From Candidatus Omnitrophota bacterium (GTDB lineage Bacteria; Omnitrophota; Gorgyraeia; JABMRG01), in NCBI GenBank assembly GCA_028716165.1, contig JAQUQI010000004.1, positions 18,715 through 82,714 on the forward strand: a stretch of DNA of 64,000 nucleotides, read 5' to 3'. Each line of letters opens with the position of its first letter. Positions within the stretch are counted from its first letter, which is position 1. Positions 57,500 to 64,000 of this stretch are shown here, piece by piece. The notes under the pieces are model-generated. The model was given only the letters and a program-made list of their open reading frames with translations. It searched no databases and was not told the DNA's origin. A program made the position numbers and the translations under genes.

Positions 57500-57964
57500 A
57501 TGGCTATATTAAATATTATAAAATACCCTGATCCATGTTTGCGTAAAAAATGCCGAAAAGTGGAAGTGGTTAATACCGAGATACGAAAACTGCTTGATGA
57601 TATGGCCATGACTATGTATGCCGCCAATGGCGTAGGCCTGGCTGCTTCTCAAGTGGGCATGGATATCAGAGTTATTGTTATTGACACGGGCCAGGAGCTC
57701 TTGAAGCTGGTAAACCCTGAAATAATAAAAGCTGAAGGAACTTCCCTGATGGAAGAAGGCTGTCTTTCACTGCCCAATACATATGTTAAGGTAAGCAGAA
57801 AAAAAAAGCTTGTTGTTTCAGCGCTTGACGACAAAGGCAAGCGATGCGCGTTGAACGTAAACGGCGGCCTTCTTGCTCATGCCTTTGGGCAGGAGATAGA
57901 CCATCTAAACGGAAAGCTCATAATAGATTACCTGCCGTTTTATAAAAAAATTTTTTCCAAATAA
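57500..57964 (+). CDS. def: Peptide deformylase
   Basis: Motifs GVGLAASQVG, EGCLS, QEIDHLNG; starts immediately after the pckG stop. Confidence 0.9.
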   Translation: MAILNIIKYPDPCLRKKCRKVEVVNTEIRKLLDDMAMTMYAANGVGLAASQVGMDIRVIVIDTGQELLKLVNPEIIKAEGTSLMEEGCLSLPNTYVKVSRKKKLVVSALDDKGKRCALNVNGGLLAHAFGQEIDHLNGKLIIDYLPFYKKIFSK

Positions 57965-58215
57965 AACATCTTTTTGTCTGCCTCCGCGTCCTGAAGGCTG
58001 TATTTGCAAAACATACCGGATAATTTTTGGATGCGGCTTTAGAATATCTTGCGTAGTTTTTAAAAATACGGAATTTGCTTTTTTTACATAATTCTGTTAT
58101 TAATTTATTTTCGCAAAAGACGGTATGCGCCCAGTTGGGACCATGGCATTAAAGGTTTGGCGCGCGGCTTTTTTATGAATATACAAAGACTTTTTAGCGC
58201 ATAAGGAGGGATATT

Positions 58216-58620
58216 ATGGCCTGCAGTATAAAGATACTTGCCGTAGATGATGAACAGGGTGCCAGGGAGTTCTTAAATGACCTCTTTTCCAAAAAAGGTT
58301 ATGATATTGAAACCGTTTCCACAGGGGCAGACGCTTTAACGGCGATTGATAGAGTCAAACCCGATATCGTTTTACTGGATATCGGAATGCCGGGTATGGA
58401 CGGGACAGAGGTATTATCCCGTATAAAACAAAAATGCCCCCTCCTGCCGGTAATCATGCTGACAGCTTACGGTTATGATGATAATCTGATAAATAAGGCC
58501 ATGAAATTGGGGTCAATCGGATATATTAATAAAAATCTGCCTTTGGCGCAGATAATTAACACGTTTCAGGTTCTTTTGAGCACTGTACCGAAAAAATATG
58601 GTGCGGAAGGGGGGAGTTGA
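58216..58620 (+). CDS. Stand-alone response-regulator receiver domain (CheY-like)
   Basis: ILAVDDE..., D in VLLDIGMPGMDG, T in MLTAYG, K in IGYINKNL. Its last 22 nt overlap the tRNA-Leu(CAG) gene on the opposite strand. Confidence 0.8.
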   Translation: MACSIKILAVDDEQGAREFLNDLFSKKGYDIETVSTGADALTAIDRVKPDIVLLDIGMPGMDGTEVLSRIKQKCPLLPVIMLTAYGYDDNLINKAMKLGSIGYINKNLPLAQIINTFQVLLSTVPKKYGAEGGS

Positions 58621-58684
58621 ACCCCCAAGGGTTGTGCCCACTAGCTCCTGAAGCTAGCGCGTCTGCCAGTTCCGCCACTTCCGC
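58599..58684 (-). tRNA. tRNA-Leu (anticodon CAG), class II
   Basis: The reverse complement starts GCGGAAGTGGCGGAACTGG, has anticodon loop uUCAGg, a long variable arm, T-loop GGTTCAACTCC and encoded CCA. Confidence 0.8.
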
Positions 58685-58863
58685 TTTGGGTTAAAGTATA
58701 CTAAATCATGGTAAGGTTTGTCAACTGTTTAAAACCCCGGTAGTTTAGGCCGGTATTTACACAAGTTAGCCCGTTATCGTATCCGCTGTTAATTTTTTGT
58801 TGCCATGCAAATTTTTATATGTTATTATATATCCTAAATTTATACTTATAAAAGGATGTGAAA

Positions 58864-59499
58864 TTGGATTGGCAGAAGATAAACGACGCTGTATTTGACG
58901 GCAATATAAACCTGACATTGCGATTGGTAAGCCAGGCGGTCTCGGAAGGCGAGTCGCCCAGGGATATATTAGAAAACGGCTTGATAGCGGGGATGTCAAG
59001 AGTAGGAGCCAAATTCAAGCTGAATGAAATATTCGTGCCGGAGGTCTTGATAGCGGCCAAGGCCATGCATTCAGCCTTGACGGTATTAGAGCCTTTTTTG
59101 GCAAGCTCCGGGGTTGAGCCTAAGGCGACTATCGTAATCGGGACTGTTAAAGGCGATCTCCACGACATAGGTAAAAATCTGGTTGTCATGATGCTAAAAG
59201 GCGCGGGTTTTAACGCGATTGATATCGGTATAGATGTATCCGCGGATGTTTTTATTGACAAGGCACTATCCTCCAACGCGTCTTTAATAGCGATGTCATC
59301 TCTTCTTACCACGTCCATGCCTTCCATGAAGACGGTAGTGGAAAAGCTTAAGCAAAAGGGCTTGCACGGCCGCATAAAAACAATAATAGGCGGGGCTCCG
59401 GTTACACAGGAATACGCTGACTACATCGGAGCTGACGGATATGCCCAGGACGCTTCGTCGGCTGTTGATAAAGCAAAGGAACTATTAGGCCTGTCGTAG
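58864..59499 (+). CDS. Cobalamin-binding corrinoid protein (B12-binding domain with N-terminal helical cap)
   Basis: DxHxxG B12-binding signature in GTVKGDLHDIGKNLV plus a Rossmann-like remainder. Start is TTG 58864 (7 nt after AAGGA) or GTG 58858. Confidence 0.7.
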   Translation: MDWQKINDAVFDGNINLTLRLVSQAVSEGESPRDILENGLIAGMSRVGAKFKLNEIFVPEVLIAAKAMHSALTVLEPFLASSGVEPKATIVIGTVKGDLHDIGKNLVVMMLKGAGFNAIDIGIDVSADVFIDKALSSNASLIAMSSLLTTSMPSMKTVVEKLKQKGLHGRIKTIIGGAPVTQEYADYIGADGYAQDASSAVDKAKELLGLS

Positions 59500-59566
59500 C
59501 CGGCGCCAAGCTTATCGCACAGGCTGATTTTTTAACAGGTAAAAGGGCCATAAGGGAAAAGCACTC

Positions 59567-60424
59567 ATGTTTTTCAGTAAACATAAACAAATCAACAAGA
59601 ATCCTAACAGGGGTATCAGGAAGAGCAATTTTCCCGACGGCCTGTGGACTAAATGCGAAGACTGCGGCGAAATCATATTCAACAAGACGCTTGAAGAGAA
59701 TTTTATGGTATGCGCGAAATGCAACTATCATTTTGTATTGAACATACAGAAGAGAATAGATATTACGCTGGACAAGGGTAGTTTTGTGGAACTGGACAGC
59801 GGACTGGCATCTGTTGACCCGCTTGATTTTCAGGGCCCGAAGACGTATAAAGAAAAATTGAAACAGGATTCAGAGCTTACGGGATTGAAAGAAGCGGCGG
59901 TTTACGGCACGGGCAAGATTAACGGCAACGACGTTGTTCTTGCCGTTACGGATTCAAGATTCATAATGGGTTCTATGGGATCGGTTGTTGGTGAAAAAAT
60001 CACAAGGGCTATTGAGCTTGCCCAAAAAGAAGAGATACCGGTAATCGTCATATCAGGTTCAGGCGGCGGGGCAAGGATGTATGAAGGGATGTTTTCGCTT
60101 ATGCAGATGGCCAAGACATCGGCGGCCTTATCCAGGCTGGACAGGGCGGGCGGGTTTTTCATATCCATACTTACGAATCCTACTATGGCCGGTATTCTGG
60201 CAAGTTTTGCCTCGTTGGGGGATATTATTATAGCCGAACCTAAATCATTGATAGGTTTCACCGGACCGCGAGTTATTGAACAAACCATACGTCAAAAGCT
60301 TCCCCAGGGATTTCAAAAATCCGAATTCTTGCTGGAACACGGTTTTGTGGATGCTATAGTATCCAGAAAAGACATGAAAAATACCCTGTCATTATTGATA
60401 GAATATTCAAAAAAGGAGCGATAA
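59567..60424 (+). CDS. accD: Acetyl-CoA carboxylase carboxyltransferase beta subunit
   Basis: N-terminal Zn ribbon CEDCGEIIF...CAKCNYH and the carboxyltransferase domain. Confidence 0.9.
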   Translation: MFFSKHKQINKNPNRGIRKSNFPDGLWTKCEDCGEIIFNKTLEENFMVCAKCNYHFVLNIQKRIDITLDKGSFVELDSGLASVDPLDFQGPKTYKEKLKQDSELTGLKEAAVYGTGKINGNDVVLAVTDSRFIMGSMGSVVGEKITRAIELAQKEEIPVIVISGSGGGARMYEGMFSLMQMAKTSAALSRLDRAGGFFISILTNPTMAGILASFASLGDIIIAEPKSLIGFTGPRVIEQTIRQKLPQGFQKSEFLLEHGFVDAIVSRKDMKNTLSLLIEYSKKER

Positions 60425-60427
60425 AAA

Positions 60428-61531
60428 ATGGCGCAGGTATGTTTAAGAAATATTTCCAAAACTTATTCGGGTAATGTGCTTGCCGTTAATAATGTCAGCC
60501 TCGGAATAGAAAACAAAGAATTCTTAGTGCTTGTAGGCCCTTCAGGCTGCGGCAAATCCACCATACTTAGGATGATAGCAGGGCTTGAAGACCCTACCGA
60601 AGGCGATCTTTATATAGGCGATAAAAGGGTGAATGGGGTGCCCCCGAAAGACCGCAATATAGCAATGGTATTCCAAAATTACGCTCTTTATCCCCATATG
60701 ACTGTTTATGAAAATATGGCTTTTGCCCTAAAATTGCGCAGGTATTCAAGGGCCGAAATAGAGCAGAGGGTCAGGGATGCGGCAGAGATACTGGGAATTA
60801 CAAAGCACTTGAATAAAAGGCCCAAGGCATTATCGGGGGGAGAACGCCAGCGCGTTGCCGTAGGCAGGGCGATAGTAAGAAAGCCTATTGTATTTTTATT
60901 TGACGAGCCCCTTAGCAACCTTGACGCTAAGTTGAGAGGCCAGATGAGGGTGGAGATAAGCAAACTGCATATAAGGCTTCAAACAACCATGGTCTACGTG
61001 ACCCACGATCAGGTAGAGGCCATGACAATGGGTACGAGGATAGCCGTGATGAAAGACGGCGTTATCCACCAGATAGCCGATCCTATAGCGCTTTACGACA
61101 GGCCTGTTAATAAATTTGTGGCAGGTTTTATAGGATCTCCTCCGATGAATTTCATGAACGGCATAATAATCAACTCTGAAGGCAGGCTGTTTTTTAATGA
61201 GGGTAACTTCATGGTCAAGATTGCCGACGAGATGCGTGATAAACTTGGAAATTACCGCGACAGGGAAGTGACCATGGGAATAAGGCCGGAGGATATTTAC
61301 GATAAGCTCTTTGTCCAGTATGCGTCGCCTGAAAATACCATCTCGGTTACCTGCGAAGTAGTAGAGCCTATGGGTGCCGAAGTATATTTATATCTTAATA
61401 CGGGCAAACACACCTTTGTTGCGCGCGTGGGAGGCCATAACAAGCCTACTGTTAATCAGGAAATGGACGTGGTTTTTGACATGAAAAAGGCTCATTTTTT
61501 TGACCCCAAAACAGAAAAAACTATTCTATAG
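60428..61531 (+). CDS. MalK/UgpC/MsmX-type sugar ABC transporter ATP-binding protein (no cognate permease in window)
   Basis: Walker A GPSGCGKST, signature LSGGERQRV, Walker B FLFDEPLSNLD, and a C-terminal TOBE-like regulatory domain. Confidence 0.85.
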   Translation: MAQVCLRNISKTYSGNVLAVNNVSLGIENKEFLVLVGPSGCGKSTILRMIAGLEDPTEGDLYIGDKRVNGVPPKDRNIAMVFQNYALYPHMTVYENMAFALKLRRYSRAEIEQRVRDAAEILGITKHLNKRPKALSGGERQRVAVGRAIVRKPIVFLFDEPLSNLDAKLRGQMRVEISKLHIRLQTTMVYVTHDQVEAMTMGTRIAVMKDGVIHQIADPIALYDRPVNKFVAGFIGSPPMNFMNGIIINSEGRLFFNEGNFMVKIADEMRDKLGNYRDREVTMGIRPEDIYDKLFVQYASPENTISVTCEVVEPMGAEVYLYLNTGKHTFVARVGGHNKPTVNQEMDVVFDMKKAHFFDPKTEKTIL

Positions 61532-61537
61532 TTACGT

Positions 61538-62974
61538 ATGTATCCCCTAAAACTTAGAATTATTATATTGGGCATACTGGCTCTGTTAGCAGTTTTGACA
61601 ACCTATCTTATCCTTGCGGGATTTTTTGTTTTTGAGAGCAACCCCGAATATCTTTGTTCAATAATACCGTATATCGCGGTTACGGCCGGGATTTTCATTA
61701 TCCTGTTGCCTGTGTTGTCGCCGCCCGCGGCCGTTTTTATAATTCTTCCCATAACGGTTGTTTCTATCGTCTTGCTTTCGGCCTTGACCGGGCGCCGGTT
61801 ATATAATGTGTATTCCGGCGTGCTGGCTTTGATCGCCTTAGGTGTGTGGTTTTTCGCGCTTCGCAATACGCGCAAAGCTGAAAAGAAGATGGTTGCGGCG
61901 CAAAAAATAAAAGAGGCATCAAATCTAGTCAGGTCGGATTGGGAAAAGACGGAAAGGCTGAATAACGCTTTCTTTGGGCGCTTAGGCAGATACCGGCGGC
62001 TTAGAGAAACAGGAGAAGACTTTAGCGCCAGGATATCGCTTGAAAACATATACAAACTGGCGGTAGATACCGCTTACGACATAATACCGGGTTCAGACGC
62101 CGCTCTGTTGTTTATCGTTGATGAGGCCAGACAGAGGCTTTCACTGGTTGCGTCCAAAAAATCTTCGCCCATGCCCAAGATAAAGTCCAAAAATGGGGAC
62201 ATCTTTGACAAATGGGTATTCAAGGAGAGGCAGACCTTGAGCGTTGAGGACATAAACGAAGATTTTAGGTTTGATTATAAGCCGCTGGCGGGCGAGCGGG
62301 ATTTCAAGTCTTTAATCAGTGTTCCTATTATCAATCAGTCGCGGATAATAGGTATACTGCGGTTGAATAGCAGGCAGAGGGGCTCTTATTCGTTTGATGA
62401 TTTAAGGCTTTTGGATTTCGTTTCAGACCTTGCCTCCGGCTCCATCAACAACGCGCGCCTGTATAAAGATACTGAAGACCTCTCAACGAGAGATTCCCTG
62501 ACGGGTTTTTATATCCACAGGCATATGAAAACACTTCTTTATGATGAAGTGGACAGGGCTTGTTCCGACAAAAGCCAGCTTTCGGTTATCATGATTGATA
62601 TTGATCATTTTAAGGATTATAACGATAAATACGGCCATTCCGCCGGGGATAAGGTGCTGTTGGGGGTAGCTCATATTATAGAAGGGGTCATGAAAAAACA
62701 CGCAGGGTTTATTACAAGGTATGGCGGAGAAGAATTCTTGATTATTCTGCCCGGGCTTGAATTGCGTAAGGCGGCAGGGCTTGCCGAAAAAATCAGACAG
62801 GACGTCGCGGGATATAAATTCGTGTTAAGGCGCGAGGAGACAAGCGTGACTATATCTGCCGGGGTCTGCTCTTACTCCGATGAGATGAAAGATAAAGATG
62901 ATCTACTAAAAAATGCCGATTTTCTTTTATATAAGGCTAAAAAGGAAGGGCGCAATAAAATATGCGCTGCCTGA
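61538..62974 (+). CDS. Membrane-anchored GAF-GGDEF diguanylate cyclase
   Basis: Four TM helices, GAF-like region, and a GGDEF domain with intact RYGGEEF active site. Confidence 0.8.
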   Translation: MYPLKLRIIILGILALLAVLTTYLILAGFFVFESNPEYLCSIIPYIAVTAGIFIILLPVLSPPAAVFIILPITVVSIVLLSALTGRRLYNVYSGVLALIALGVWFFALRNTRKAEKKMVAAQKIKEASNLVRSDWEKTERLNNAFFGRLGRYRRLRETGEDFSARISLENIYKLAVDTAYDIIPGSDAALLFIVDEARQRLSLVASKKSSPMPKIKSKNGDIFDKWVFKERQTLSVEDINEDFRFDYKPLAGERDFKSLISVPIINQSRIIGILRLNSRQRGSYSFDDLRLLDFVSDLASGSINNARLYKDTEDLSTRDSLTGFYIHRHMKTLLYDEVDRACSDKSQLSVIMIDIDHFKDYNDKYGHSAGDKVLLGVAHIIEGVMKKHAGFITRYGGEEFLIILPGLELRKAAGLAEKIRQDVAGYKFVLRREETSVTISAGVCSYSDEMKDKDDLLKNADFLLYKAKKEGRNKICAA

Positions 62975-64000
62975 TATCTTTTATATTAATATGCGTTTTA
63001 TTTATCGCCTGCGCGTTGTTTATAGCGAACGGGCAATTTTTCGGGCCGGTTTTTAGTTTTTCCGCCGCTATCGCCTCAACGGCAGTTTTATTTTTTACCG
63101 CTGTTGAGGCATGCGCCATTGTTATTTTCTCAATATTGATGTGCGCGTGTTTTTTATTTTTAAACGTTCAATTGTCTGAAGTCCTGCAGACAATTGTTCT
63201 CATTCTGTCCGTATCGCTGGCCGGCGCGCTGTTAAGGTATTCCACGATGGCCCTGCTTGGCATAAAGGAAAAGGTCTTGAATGTGGTCAAGGAGGAGTAC
63301 AGGTCGTTTTACAAGCTTGATGAAGAACTGAAAGGCCAGAAACTTTATCTTGAAAAAGCGGTCCACGATATAATCAGTCTTTACCAGGCCCCTAAAGAGA
63401 TGATTGCGGCGAACACGGTTGAAGAGCTTATAGCAAGTATGAGGAAATCAATAACCGGGTATTTTGATTTCCAGAAATGCAAAATAATCATATTTTCATT
63501 CAAGGAGAAAGAGCCTAAAATAGATAAAGTTTTTGATCTGGAGCAAGATATAAATACGGGTTGCGTATTAAGTAATTATGAAGAAGCGGCATGCGATTAT
63601 ATGAAAGACAGGAAAGGGCCTTTGTTAATAGACAGGGATGCCAATATGACCTCTCCGGAACCGATAAACCTGCCGGACGGGATAAAGACATATATTGCCA
63701 TTCCTCTTGTGGCAGGCGACAGGTTAAACGGGGTTTTTTTAATTGAAGGGCCCTTGTCTGCCGATATGATAAGGTTTATAATATTGAGCCACCAGTTTGC
63801 TATTGTTCTTGAGAGGATAAGGCTTTATGAGCTTGTGCAGGAGCTTGCCATTACTGACGGCCTTACGGATACATTTGTGCGCAGGCATTTTCTTGAGAGG
63901 CTTAAAGAAGAGCTTGCCAGGGCAAGGCATTTTAACACCAAATTGTCTTTTCTCATGATAGACATTGACCGGTTCAAACAATGCAATGATAAATTCGGTC
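62962..64000 (+). CDS. Second membrane GAF-GGDEF protein (3'-truncated by window end; not in the ORF track)
   Basis: Frame-1 ORF open from ATG 62962 (overlaps the upstream stop by 13 nt) to the window end. Hydrophobic N-terminus, GAF-like middle, then the start of a GGDEF domain (LTDTFVRRHFLERLKEELARARHFNTKLSFLMIDIDRFKQCNDKFG). Confidence 0.7.
   Translation, partial: MRCLISFILICVLFIACALFIANGQFFGPVFSFSAAIASTAVLFFTAVEACAIVIFSILMCACFLFLNVQLSEVLQTIVLILSVSLAGALLRYSTMALLGIKEKVLNVVKEEYRSFYKLDEELKGQKLYLEKAVHDIISLYQAPKEMIAANTVEELIASMRKSITGYFDFQKCKIIIFSFKEKEPKIDKVFDLEQDINTGCVLSNYEEAACDYMKDRKGPLLIDRDANMTSPEPINLPDGIKTYIAIPLVAGDRLNGVFLIEGPLSADMIRFIILSHQFAIVLERIRLYELVQELAITDGLTDTFVRRHFLERLKEELARARHFNTKLSFLMIDIDRFKQCNDKFG

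Overview
This is a densely packed chromosomal segment from a Gram-negative, probably anaerobic, bacterium. Almost all genes lie on the + strand. I found no transposase, integrase, CRISPR array or rRNA. The recognisable genes run roughly as follows. ClpB (5'-truncated) is followed by a complete Bat/aerotolerance-type operon (MoxR, DUF58, a small membrane protein, two VWA proteins, a TPR protein, and one long BatD-like protein that continues in frame into a BatE-like TPR/SH3 segment). Then come an HI0933-type flavoprotein and a large exported calcineurin-like phosphoesterase. A LysM-amidase lipoprotein sits on the - strand, followed on the + strand by an OmpA/LysM protein, a short pyruvate kinase and purC. 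Next are a radical-SAM protein, TrxB and an atypical receiver domain. A candidate compatible-solute cluster follows (unknown 227-aa protein plus a TreT-like GT4 glycosyltransferase), then a thiol-redox set (CcdA, TlpA-like protein, ferredoxin, adenosine-kinase-like DUF355). BioY is on the - strand. A long + strand operon follows: purH, folC, mnmE, folE, a PilZ protein, DUF212, a LysM L,D-transpeptidase, accA, an RsbW-like kinase, a STAS protein and mlaE, then mlaF, mlaD, a FecR-like protein, an outer-membrane barrel, a CHASE2-PP2C phosphatase and a TonB-dependent receptor. A second STAS protein lies on the - strand. After that come tRNA-Leu(CAA) and tRNA-Ala(GGC) (both - strand), leuS, a GH94 phosphorylase with a lysine-rich N-terminal tail, a UPF0280/ApbE-like protein, a NIL-ferredoxin fusion, a GAF-ANTAR regulator, mnmG, a YqeY-family protein, a CPBP protease, GTP-PEPCK, def, a response regulator, tRNA-Leu(CAG) (- strand), an orphan corrinoid protein, accD, a MalK-like ABC ATPase and two tandem membrane GAF-GGDEF cyclases (the last 3'-truncated). 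The most system-like unexplained feature is a sigma-factor-less partner-switching module (RsbW-like kinase, two STAS proteins, a CHASE2-PP2C sensor phosphatase) interleaved with the Mla lipid-transport genes, a TonB-dependent receptor and an outer-membrane barrel. Other points worth follow-up are the BatD-BatE in-frame fusion, the 796-aa exported metallophosphoesterase, the UPF0280 + NIL-ferredoxin pair (homocysteine-biosynthesis-like), the orphan corrinoid protein, the lysine-rich GH94 extension and a leaderless-looking TonB receptor gene. All calls come from reading the supplied translations and the DNA; no database search was run.
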